Numbered from the stretch's first letter, positions 10,209 to 19,006 are shown. The stretch: DNA of 30,286 nt from an uncultured Clostridia bacterium (GCA_947628085.1 CANQYM010000017.1:1-30286); one strand, 5' to 3'. Translations and numbers: made by a program. Notes: generated from the sequence alone by a model not told the origin.

Positions 10209-11964
10209 TAATATAGAAAATTTTTATGATGGAATATTAAATATTAAAGATAAAATGGCACCAAGCTATATAAATAATAAAAATCCAAAATATTTAGAAA
10301 TTGACGGAACTTTTTATAGTGGAATATTAGTAATAGATTATTATAGAGAATATAATGATATTATTTTAAAAAATATTATAAACACAAATATAAATATGAA
10401 TATATCAATATTTTATGAAAAGCAAGATACATATAAAACAATTAAAGATTTAACATATTTTATTGGAAATGTTGGTGTTGATTTAAAATCTGGAAATGAA
10501 AATAGACAAGACATAGACATTGCAGCATATTCATATACAGATGCAAAATATATTAGAAAAGAAATGCAAGTAAATAATGAAGAATTATATTTTTTATATA
10601 CATATATATTAATAATTTCTGAAACAGAACAAGAAATGGAAAGAAATTTAAATAAAATAGAAGGCATTTTACAAGCATCTGGAATGATGACAAGAAAAGG
10701 GAATTTTAGACAAGAGCAAATTTATAATTCTTGTCTTCCTCTAATGGAAAATAATAAAGATATTAAAACTGTTACAAGAAGAAACATTTTAGGAAGTGGA
10801 CTTGTTTCAACATATCCATTTGTTTCATCAAATTTGTGTGATGAAAATGGAATTTTTATTGGAACTAATATTTATAATAATTCAATGATTTTAGTAGATA
10901 GATTTAACAAAGAAAAATATAAAAATGCAAATATGTGTATTTTTGGAACAAGCGGAGCAGGAAAATCTTTTTATACAAAATTATTAATTTTAAGATATAG
11001 GCTTCTTGGATTAGATCAATACATAATAGATCCAGAAAGAGAATATACAAAAATTTGTGAAAGTTTAGATGGAGTTTGTATTAAATTTGGTCCAACTTCT
11101 AATTCATATATAAATATTTTAGATATTAGAGAAGAGGAAATTGAAGAGGAAAAAGGTTTTTTAGTATCTAAACTAAGTAAATTAAGAATATTTTTTAGCT
11201 TAGTTTTTGGAGAATTAGATGAGGAAAATGTTGCACTTTTAGAAGAAAAATTAATAGAAGTTTATAAAGAAAAAGGAATAACTTTTGATGATAATTCTTT
11301 ATATAACGAAAATAAAGAATTTAAAAAAAGCTCACAAATGCCGATTTTACAAGATTTATATGAAATTTTAGGAAAAGATGAAAAAACATTATTTTTTAAA
11401 AGAAAGTTATATCCATTCATATATGGATCATTAAAATTTTTAAATAATTTTACAAACGTTGAACTTGAAAATAAATTAATTGTTGCAGATATATATGAAC
11501 TTGGAGAAGAAAATTTAAAATATGGAATGTATATTTTTACAGAGCTTTTTTGGGACAAGATAAAAAAAGATAGAAATAAAAATAAGGCTATTTATTTAGA
11601 TGAAATTTGGAGATTAATTGGTGTTACATCAAACAAGTTTGTAGCAAGTTTTATATATAAAATATTTAAAACAATTAGAAAATATGGAGGAAGTGCAGTT
11701 GCAATTACACAAGATGTTTCAGATTTATTTAGTTTGGAAGAGGGAACTTATGGTAAAAGTATTTTAAATAATTCTAGTATAAAATCTTTTTTCTCATTAG
11801 AAGAAGAAAATATTTTAGTTTTAGAAAAATATGCAAATATTTCTGAAAAAGAAAAAATAGAAATTAAATCTTTAAAAAGAGGTGAAGCACTTATGTTTAT
11901 TGGAGATAACCACATTTTATCTAAAGTAGAAGCATCTGAATATGAAAAGGAGTTGATAATTTGA
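10189..11964 (+). CDS. VirB4-like T4SS ATPase, central and C-terminal ATPase domains
   Basis: 591-aa ORF with Walker A FGTSGAGKS and Walker B AIYLDEIWRL, ending in ITQDVSD. It overlaps the upstream fragment across an A7 run (10192-10198). Confidence 0.85.
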   Translation: MKKRRNDNIENFYDGILNIKDKMAPSYINNKNPKYLEIDGTFYSGILVIDYYREYNDIILKNIINTNINMNISIFYEKQDTYKTIKDLTYFIGNVGVDLKSGNENRQDIDIAAYSYTDAKYIRKEMQVNNEELYFLYTYILIISETEQEMERNLNKIEGILQASGMMTRKGNFRQEQIYNSCLPLMENNKDIKTVTRRNILGSGLVSTYPFVSSNLCDENGIFIGTNIYNNSMILVDRFNKEKYKNANMCIFGTSGAGKSFYTKLLILRYRLLGLDQYIIDPEREYTKICESLDGVCIKFGPTSNSYINILDIREEEIEEEKGFLVSKLSKLRIFFSLVFGELDEENVALLEEKLIEVYKEKGITFDDNSLYNENKEFKKSSQMPILQDLYEILGKDEKTLFFKRKLYPFIYGSLKFLNNFTNVELENKLIVADIYELGEENLKYGMYIFTELFWDKIKKDRNKNKAIYLDEIWRLIGVTSNKFVASFIYKIFKTIRKYGGSAVAITQDVSDLFSLEEGTYGKSILNNSSIKSFFSLEEENILVLEKYANISEKEKIEIKSLKRGEALMFIGDNHILSKVEASEYEKELII

Positions 11965-13151
11965 AAATTATTACAGCAATGGGAGATCCTTATTTAAACA
12001 ATAAATTAAAAGAAAAATATGAAGTTATTGGAAAAGATATTTTTTATCAAGAAGGAATTTTAGAAATATTAACAGAAAGAAAAGATATCGATTTATTAGT
12101 TTTAAGTAATAATTTGCCTTTTGAATATAAATTTGAAGAATTAATTGAAAAAATAATTAAAGAAAAAGAAGAACTAGAAATAATAGTTTTTCTAAAAGAA
12201 AAAGATGAAAATATTGAAAACTACTTAAATAGCAAAAATATTTATAAAATATTTTATTTAAATGAAGAGGGATATAGAAATTTTTTTAATGTAATTAATT
12301 CAAATGAGAATAATCCTCAAAAAATACAAGATGAAATTAAGAATTTTAAAGAAATAATTTTAAATAATTCTAAGAAAAAAGGAATTAATTTAAAAAGCGA
12401 TTTTTTAAAGAATAAAATTGAAAATGAAGAAAAAAACAAACAAAATTCTAAAAAAGATGAAAAAGAAAATGAGCGAAATTTTGAAAATAGAGAAGAAAAT
12501 AAAAGTTCAAAAATAATAGTAGTTTCTGGAAATTCTGGTGCTGGAAAGACAATAGTATCAATTCTTTTATCGAAATATATAGAAAAGCAAAGCAAGAAAG
12601 TTTTATTAATAGATTTTGATTTAAAAAATAAATCAATTAATACAATATTAGGCGTAAAAACAAAGAAAAATACAGAAGAAAATATAAGTATTTTTAATAA
12701 AAACTTATATATTTTAAATGAAGCAAAAGAAATTTTAAATAGCTTTGAAATATATAAAATAAATATGTTTTTAGAAGAATTAAAAAATAAATTTGATTAT
12801 ATAATAATAGATTTTTCAAATGAATTAAATGAAGAATTAGAAAAAAGCGTACTTTTAAAGGCAAATAAAATTATTTTTTTATTAGAATCAAATTTATTAG
12901 AAATAAAAAAAGCTAAAAACTTTTTAGAAATTTATTTAGAGGATTATGGAATTGATTCTAATAAAATAAAAATAGTATTTAATAAAGCAAACAAATATAA
13001 AATTCCAGATTTTATATTAAAAGAAATTTTTTCTAATTTTGAAATAATAGGAAATATAGAATATGACGAAAAATATACGTTATTTATAAATAAAAATTTT
13101 AATAATATAAATTGTAAAGATGAATATAAAAAAATCTATGAAAAATTATAA
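11961..13151 (+). CDS. TadZ/CpaE-like protein: N-terminal receiver-like domain fused to a MinD/ParA-type ATPase
   Basis: TTG start 8 nt after AAGGAG, overlapping the VirB4 stop. The N-terminus (KIITAMGDPYLNNKLKEKYEVIGKDIFYQEGILEIL...DLLVLSNNLP) looks like a CheY-type fold, but I could not identify an acidic phosphoacceptor pocket. A K/E/N-rich linker follows, then IVVSGNSGAGKT (P-loop) and VLLIDFD. Confidence 0.7.
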   Translation: MKIITAMGDPYLNNKLKEKYEVIGKDIFYQEGILEILTERKDIDLLVLSNNLPFEYKFEELIEKIIKEKEELEIIVFLKEKDENIENYLNSKNIYKIFYLNEEGYRNFFNVINSNENNPQKIQDEIKNFKEIILNNSKKKGINLKSDFLKNKIENEEKNKQNSKKDEKENERNFENREENKSSKIIVVSGNSGAGKTIVSILLSKYIEKQSKKVLLIDFDLKNKSINTILGVKTKKNTEENISIFNKNLYILNEAKEILNSFEIYKINMFLEELKNKFDYIIIDFSNELNEELEKSVLLKANKIIFLLESNLLEIKKAKNFLEIYLEDYGIDSNKIKIVFNKANKYKIPDFILKEIFSNFEIIGNIEYDEKYTLFINKNFNNINCKDEYKKIYEKL

Positions 13152-13162
13152 AAGGAGGAATT

Positions 13163-13888
13163 ATGGTAGGTTTAGAAATAGAAAATAATATAGAAATGAA
13201 AAATAGTTTAGGAGATAAATTAAAAAATTTACAAGAAAATTTTATTGAATCTGATATTGGAAAAGCAATAAATTCAGCAATAGATATAGGATTAAAAGCT
13301 GTTCTTCCAGATTTGATAGAAGACCAAGTAATAGATGTGAAAAATGCAATATTAGAAAACGGATTTTCTGAAGGAATAAAAGAAGTAATAGATTCTGCTA
13401 TAAACACTGGAAAAAGTGCAATAGGAATTATAACAGGAAATTTTGAAAATGTATCACAAATACAATTAGCAGTAAAAAATGGTGGAATACTTGATAAAGT
13501 ATCCGATTTATTAGACTATACAATAGATTTTGCAAAAGAAAAGAATGTAATAGATAAAAATATAAGTTCTCTTATAAAAAATGGTAAAAATTCAATAATT
13601 AAATCTGTAGAAGAAAAAATTGAAGAAACTTTAACTAATCAAATAAAAGCTGTTGAAAAAGTTGAAAAGTACTGTAATAATTGGAATATTGGATACGCTT
13701 CTCAAGATATAACTGCGATGGACAAAGCATATAAGAACATTAAAAATAATTTAGAAAAAATAGTTCCAATAGAAAATATAATTAATAAAGCAAGAACGAT
13801 AGAAAATTTGCATAATTTAATTAAGAGTAATGGTAATAGTTTTGATTTAACTAAAGAAGAGGAAATGCTTGCGGAAAAATTAGCATAA
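13163..13888 (+). CDS. Hypothetical, predicted all-helical protein with an internal AINSAIDIG / VIDSAINTG repeat
   Basis: 241-aa ORF with an AAGGAGG RBS, 11 nt after the preceding gene, so it is probably co-transcribed with the VirB4/TadZ-like genes. I recognise no motif. Confidence 0.65.
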   Translation: MVGLEIENNIEMKNSLGDKLKNLQENFIESDIGKAINSAIDIGLKAVLPDLIEDQVIDVKNAILENGFSEGIKEVIDSAINTGKSAIGIITGNFENVSQIQLAVKNGGILDKVSDLLDYTIDFAKEKNVIDKNISSLIKNGKNSIIKSVEEKIEETLTNQIKAVEKVEKYCNNWNIGYASQDITAMDKAYKNIKNNLEKIVPIENIINKARTIENLHNLIKSNGNSFDLTKEEEMLAEKLA

Positions 13889-13955
13889 AATTTTTCTTCG
13901 AAAAATTTTTGCTTTCAAAAATTTCATTTTTTGAAAATAAAATTTATTTTCTTAT

Positions 13956-14135
13956 CTATAAACTGATACCATTATTAATATATGTTTTTTAATGTTTTGC
14001 TGTCGCAATTTTCTTAAAATAAAGCAAATAAATAAAATTAGAAACAAAATTGCTCCAATCGCCCTTCGCTTATGCTTTGGTTGGTCGCTGCGCATCATTT
14101 AAAAACATATATTAATAACGCTATCAGTTTTATAG
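13956..14135 (+). repeat. Structured intergenic repeat, copy 1 (diverged)
   Basis: Arms 13956-13990 and 14100-14135 pair over about 35 bp. The core 13991-14099 aligns with copies 2 and 3 (TGTCGCAAT...ATTGCTCCAATCGCCCTTCGCT.A.GCTT.GGTTGGTCGCT). Confidence 0.8.
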
Positions 14136-14157
14136 GATAAACTTTTATGAATAAATC

Positions 14158-14186
14158 TTGAAATAAATACAATGTGTAAGTATAAT
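14158..14186 (+). promoter_or_regulatory. Sigma-70-type promoter for the HExxH gene
   Basis: TTGAAA (14158-14163), a 17-nt spacer, then TATAAT (14181-14186). Confidence 0.5.
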
Positions 14187-14220
14187 AAAAGTATAATAAT
14201 TTTATAAAAGGAATTTTTAT

Positions 14221-15438
14221 ATGGATATAGAGTATAATGTTAATGATGAAAATAGAAAAGTTTTAGAAGACGTATGCGAAAAATATGGATATTCAGAAGA
14301 ATTAAAAAGTGTTTTATCAAAAGTAATGCCAGCTATGTTAGAAGGAGCTACATATGAAGAAAGAACTCTTTTTTATAGTATGCTAAGAAAAACACCAATA
14401 GAAATTATTCCTGCTGAATCTACAATAACACGTTCAGAATTAAGCAAAAAGCATTTTGGAGAGATTAATCCACATATAATAGATGCAGAAACAGACATTG
14501 GTGAATACGGAAAAACAGAACCGGCAGGAAGTTTTGTTAGAGAAGCGGAATTAGATGATGATTTAAAAATAAAAGGTGTTAGGCAATATCTTTTTATAAG
14601 AGAATTAAGTGAGAAAAACGAAAAAAATAGAAGAGCAATAGATTTATTAGGAACCAAAATAAATGTTTCTCATTTAATACATGAATTAGGGCATGCATGG
14701 GTTTCAGAAAAAAACGGATATGAGTTAGATGATAATGGAATACTTACAGAACGAACAGGAACTTGTAAAATAAAATATCAAATAACACCTCTTGAAAATG
14801 GAAAATATGAGAGAAGAGAAATTTCTAGAACAGGATTAATGTTAGAAGAGTCATTAAACACAAATATGGAAGAAGAAAGTTTAGCTAGGTATTTAGGACT
14901 TTCTAGAGAAAAAACTAAATTATTATATAGAGCCTCAGGATGTTTAGAGAGTTCCTTATATCAAGGTCTAATGTCAGAAATGAGTGAAACATTAACAGAA
15001 AGAACCAAAGGAAGAAGTTTAAGAAGTTGGAGAATAGAGGGGAACGAAAAAGCCTTAGAAGAATTAAATTCCGTAATGATGAAAACAAATGAATATCAAA
15101 ATAGAGAAACGGGAAATGAATATTTTAAAGATAAGGCAGAAATTTTCGAAGAAAAAACTAGAGAAGGAGCGACAAACGAAAGACTTAAAAGATTTCTTCT
15201 TAGATGTAAAAAAGACTTTTTCCCTAACAAAAAAGATATGACACCAATGGAAATTATAGAAGCAACATTAAGACAATGTTATGATGTAAAAGTAAATCAA
15301 CTAACCTTTGATTTTTCTACAGAAGAAAAAATAGAAGAGTATCAAAAATTCGTACATTCAGTATTAGCAGACGGATATCTTTTAATAAAAGATACTGATG
15401 AATATTTAAAAAATAAAAGCCAAGATTTAAGTAAATAA
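14221..15438 (+). CDS. Hypothetical cytoplasmic protein with an HExxH zinc-metallopeptidase motif
   Basis: 405-aa ORF with HELGHAW followed by acidic EESLN/EEE that could supply a third ligand. There is no signal peptide. The sequence is visibly richer in R/G/T codons than its neighbours. Confidence 0.7.
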   Translation: MDIEYNVNDENRKVLEDVCEKYGYSEELKSVLSKVMPAMLEGATYEERTLFYSMLRKTPIEIIPAESTITRSELSKKHFGEINPHIIDAETDIGEYGKTEPAGSFVREAELDDDLKIKGVRQYLFIRELSEKNEKNRRAIDLLGTKINVSHLIHELGHAWVSEKNGYELDDNGILTERTGTCKIKYQITPLENGKYERREISRTGLMLEESLNTNMEEESLARYLGLSREKTKLLYRASGCLESSLYQGLMSEMSETLTERTKGRSLRSWRIEGNEKALEELNSVMMKTNEYQNRETGNEYFKDKAEIFEEKTREGATNERLKRFLLRCKKDFFPNKKDMTPMEIIEATLRQCYDVKVNQLTFDFSTEEKIEEYQKFVHSVLADGYLLIKDTDEYLKNKSQDLSK

Positions 15439-15463
15439 AAATATGATAAAATTTTAATTTTTA

Positions 15464-15496
15464 CGGGCAAAATTAAAGAAATTTTGCCTGTTTTTT
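15464..15496 (+). terminator. Rho-independent terminator after the HExxH gene
   Basis: Stem GGCAAAAT (15466-15473) / ATTTTGCC (15481-15488), followed by a T6 run at 15491-15496. Confidence 0.6.
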
Positions 15497-15497
15497 C

Positions 15498-15527
15498 TTG
15501 ATTTTTCCTACATATTTATTATATAAT
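15498..15527 (+). promoter_or_regulatory. Candidate gyrA promoter
   Basis: TTGATT (15498-15503), an 18-nt spacer, then TATAAT (15522-15527). Confidence 0.45.
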
Positions 15528-15563
15528 GCAATAGAAAAGTAATATAAGAAAAGAGGGAAATAA

Positions 15564-18005
15564 ATGGAAAGGCAAGATGGAAAAATAATCGAAAGAAACA
15601 TTGAAGCTGAAATGAAAACAGCATATATTGATTATGCAATGAGTGTTATAGTTTCACGTGCTTTACCAGATGTTAGAGATGGTTTAAAACCTGTTCATAG
15701 AAGAATTCTTTATTCTATGCACGAAGATGGAATTACATCAGATAAACCTTATAGAAAGTGTGCAAATACAGTTGGATCTGTTTTAGGTAGATACCATCCT
15801 CATGGAGATTCTTCTGTTTATGATGCTATGGTTAGACTTGCTCAAGATTTTTCAATGAGATATATGCTAATTGATGGACATGGTAACTTTGGTTCAATAG
15901 ATGGTGATGGAGCTGCTGCAATGAGGTACACAGAATCTAGGATGTCAAAAATAGCAGAGCAAATGTTAGTAGATATTGAAAAAAATACAGTAGATTTTAT
16001 GCCAAACTATGATGACAGACTTCAAGAACCAACAGTACTTCCATCTAAAATACCAGCACTACTAATAAATGGTTCTTCTGGAATTGCCGTAGGTATGGCA
16101 ACCAATATACCTCCACACAATTTAACAGAAGTTATTAATGGTGCAATAAAGGTTATTGAAGATGACAATGTTACAAATGAAGAATTAATGCAAATAATTA
16201 AAGGTCCAGATTTTCCAACAGGAGCAATGATTCTTGGAAAAGAAGGAATAAAAGAGGCTTATACAACAGGTAAAGGAAAAATAACTGTAAGAGCTGAAAC
16301 AGAAATAGAAGAAATGTCTGGTGGAAGACAAAGAATTATTGTTTCATCACTTCCATATCAAGTAAATAAAGCAAACTTAATAATAAAAATAGATGAACTA
16401 ATAAAAGAGAAGAAAATAGAAGGTGTTTCAGAAGTTAGAGATGAATCAGACAGAAATGAAAGAGTAAGAATAGTTATTGAACTAAAAAGAGATGCTAGAC
16501 CTCAAGTAATACTAAATCAATTATTTAAGCATACACAAATGCAAGATACTTTTGGTGTTATAATGCTTGCACTAGTTAATGGAGAACCTAAAATATTAAC
16601 ATTAAAAGAATGCTTAGAAGAATATATTAAACATAGAAGAGAAGTAGTTTTAAGAAGAACAAAATTCGATTTAGATAAGGCAGAAGCCAGAGCTCACATA
16701 TTAGAAGGTTTAATAATTGCTATTGATAATATTGATGAAGTAGTTAAAATAATTCGTGAATCTTATGATGATGCAAAAGAAAGATTAATGGAAAGATTTA
16801 AACTTACAGATATACAAGCACAAGCAATTCTTGATATGCAACTTAAGAGATTATCTGGTTTGCAAAGAGAAAAACTAGAAGAAGAATATGCAGAATTAAT
16901 GAAATTAATAGCATATTATAAAGAAGTTTTATCTAGCGAAACTCTAGTTTTTGAAATTATAAAAACAGAACTTATTGAAATTAGAGATAAATTTGGAGAT
17001 GAAAGATTAACAAAAATCTCTGCGGCAGAAGGTGAATTTGAAGAAGAAGACTTAGTAAAAGAAGAACAAACAGTAATTGCTTTAACACACTTTGGATATA
17101 TAAAGAGAATGCCAATAGATACTTATAAGAGTCAAAGAAGAGGCGGAAAAGGTATTACAGGAATTGCAACAAGAGAAGATGATTTTGTTAAAGAAATCTT
17201 TTCAGCATCTACGCATGATACAATATTATTCTTTAGTAATAAAGGAAAAATGTATAGATTAAGAGGATTTGAAATTCCAGAAGCCGGCAGAACCGCAAAA
17301 GGAACAGCTATAGTAAACTTATTAAATCTAGAAGCTGGAGAAAAAATTTCTGCAATTATTCCTATACAAAATTTTGCAGAAGGCAAATATTTATTAATGG
17401 GAACAAAATCTGGATTAATAAAGAAAACACCATTACAAGAATATGATTCTAACAGAAGAACAGGATTAATGGGAATAACTTTAAGAGAAGACGATGAACT
17501 TATAGATGTTAGAATGACAGATGGACAAGATAATGTTGTTTTAGTTACAAGAAAAGGTATGAGTATAACATTTGATGAAAAAGATGTTAGACCAGTTGGA
17601 AGAACAGCCCAAGGCGTAATCGGAATGAGATTAGATGATGATGACTATGTTGTTGGTATGGAACCAATTATAGCAGGAAGCCAAGCAACATTACTTGCAA
17701 TTACAGAGAACGGATTTGGAAAGAGAACTGAGCTTGAAGAATATAGAGTTCAAAATAGAGGCGGAAGAGGAGTTATAACATATAAGATTACACCAAAAAC
17801 TGGTGAACTTGTTGGAATTAAAATTGTTAGTGGAAAAGAAGATGTTATATTAATAACAGATACAGGAACAATTATAAGATTAAACTCAGGAGAAATTAGT
17901 GTTCTAGGAAGATCAACACAAGGTGTTACATTAATGAGAACTAATGAAGGAAAAGTTGTAAGTATTGAAAAAATAGTTGAAGAAGATTCAGACTATGTAA
18001 TTTAA
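15564..18005 (+). CDS. gyrA: DNA gyrase subunit A
   Basis: 813-aa ORF with HPHGDSSVYD (QRDR region), AAMRYTE (catalytic Tyr) and C-terminal beta-pinwheel repeats (GRGG.G, GRTAQGV, GRSTQGV). Confidence 0.97.
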   Translation: MERQDGKIIERNIEAEMKTAYIDYAMSVIVSRALPDVRDGLKPVHRRILYSMHEDGITSDKPYRKCANTVGSVLGRYHPHGDSSVYDAMVRLAQDFSMRYMLIDGHGNFGSIDGDGAAAMRYTESRMSKIAEQMLVDIEKNTVDFMPNYDDRLQEPTVLPSKIPALLINGSSGIAVGMATNIPPHNLTEVINGAIKVIEDDNVTNEELMQIIKGPDFPTGAMILGKEGIKEAYTTGKGKITVRAETEIEEMSGGRQRIIVSSLPYQVNKANLIIKIDELIKEKKIEGVSEVRDESDRNERVRIVIELKRDARPQVILNQLFKHTQMQDTFGVIMLALVNGEPKILTLKECLEEYIKHRREVVLRRTKFDLDKAEARAHILEGLIIAIDNIDEVVKIIRESYDDAKERLMERFKLTDIQAQAILDMQLKRLSGLQREKLEEEYAELMKLIAYYKEVLSSETLVFEIIKTELIEIRDKFGDERLTKISAAEGEFEEEDLVKEEQTVIALTHFGYIKRMPIDTYKSQRRGGKGITGIATREDDFVKEIFSASTHDTILFFSNKGKMYRLRGFEIPEAGRTAKGTAIVNLLNLEAGEKISAIIPIQNFAEGKYLLMGTKSGLIKKTPLQEYDSNRRTGLMGITLREDDELIDVRMTDGQDNVVLVTRKGMSITFDEKDVRPVGRTAQGVIGMRLDDDDYVVGMEPIIAGSQATLLAITENGFGKRTELEEYRVQNRGGRGVITYKITPKTGELVGIKIVSGKEDVILITDTGTIIRLNSGEISVLGRSTQGVTLMRTNEGKVVSIEKIVEEDSDYVI

Positions 18006-18019
18006 AATATTTCATTTAG

Positions 18020-18059
18020 AAATCTGAATTGAAGAATTTACTTCAATTCAGATTTTTTT
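18020..18059 (+). terminator. Strong rho-independent terminator after gyrA
   Basis: A 15-bp stem AAATCTGAATTGAAG (18020-18034) / CTTCAATTCAGATTT (18041-18055), followed by a T run. Confidence 0.75.
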
Positions 18060-18154
18060 GCCTAATTAAAAATTATTCATAAATAACTTTTTTTAATATT
18101 AGTAATTCATTTTTGAATAAAAATAATTATTAATTTTAATTATTAAATTTTTCT

Positions 18155-18320
18155 ATAGAAGCACTTAATATATAAATAATTTTATTAGTGACTTGGTGTC
18201 GCAATCTCCTTTTTTTAAAATAAACAAAAGGAAGATTGCTCCAATCGCCCTTCGCTAACGCTTCGGTTGGTCGCTTACGCGTCACTTATAAAATTATTTA
18301 TATATATTAAGTACTTCTAT
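18155..18320 (+). repeat. Structured intergenic repeat, copy 2
   Basis: Arms 18155-18185 and 18288-18320 pair over about 30 bp. The core 18187-18286 is nearly identical to the reverse complement of 21629-21730. Confidence 0.85.
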
Positions 18321-18397
18321 TTTGAAATTTTATATCTTTATTTTTTATAATTTATTTAATATAATTAAATAAATTATAAAGGAGCAAAAATTTAAAG

Positions 18398-19006
18398 TTG
18401 GATATATTAACATTAAATTCTAAAGAAAAATTAGGTTGCAAAATGTGTGATAAATGTTGTATATATAGAGGAGATATAAGATTAACTCCTCTTAATGTAT
18501 GCAAAATAAGTAAATTTTTAGGGTTAAGTATAAATGATTTTTTAAATAAATATACAGATAGATTAGAAAATAATAAATTGGAGATTGTGCTTAAAACTGT
18601 AGGCAACTTAAAACAATGTATTTTATATGATGAAAAAAATAAAAAATGTAAAATCCACGCTGTAAAACCTATGCAATGCGTAATGTTTCCGCTTGTTCCA
18701 GAAAATTTAAAAAGAGATTATTTCTATAATTCAGAACAGTGTAAATTAGAAGAATTTAAAGAAATAAAAGTAAAAGAATGGCTTAACGGAAATAACAATA
18801 TATATAGTAAAAACAAGAAAATATGCATGGAATGGATTGAATTTTTAGAATATGTTCAGCCTAAAATAGAAAATATATCAAGTGAAAAACTAGAAGAATT
18901 TTATAAAATTTTATTTGAAAATTATAATTTAAATAAATTAAACTTAAAAATGCAAATGAGAAAAAATATGAAAAAAGTAGAAAGAGAAGTAATGGATAAA
19001 AAATAA
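18398..19006 (+). CDS. YkgJ/UPF0153-type Cys-cluster (putative zinc- or iron-chelating) protein
   Basis: GCKMCDKCC near the N-terminus, plus CILYDEKNKKCKIH and KPMQCVMFP. TTG start 13 nt after AAGGAG. Confidence 0.65.
   Translation: MDILTLNSKEKLGCKMCDKCCIYRGDIRLTPLNVCKISKFLGLSINDFLNKYTDRLENNKLEIVLKTVGNLKQCILYDEKNKKCKIHAVKPMQCVMFPLVPENLKRDYFYNSEQCKLEEFKEIKVKEWLNGNNNIYSKNKKICMEWIEFLEYVQPKIENISSEKLEEFYKILFENYNLNKLNLKMQMRKNMKKVEREVMDKK

Noticed and set aside
18252-18257. TAGCGA (reverse complement of TCGCTA) in the copy 2 core, resembling the CS-6 hexamer of ssoA-type single-strand origins
   Set aside because: The hexamer is present only in copy 2. Copies 1 and 3 read TAAGCGA at that position, so it is not a conserved feature. 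The single-strand-origin idea remains untested speculation.
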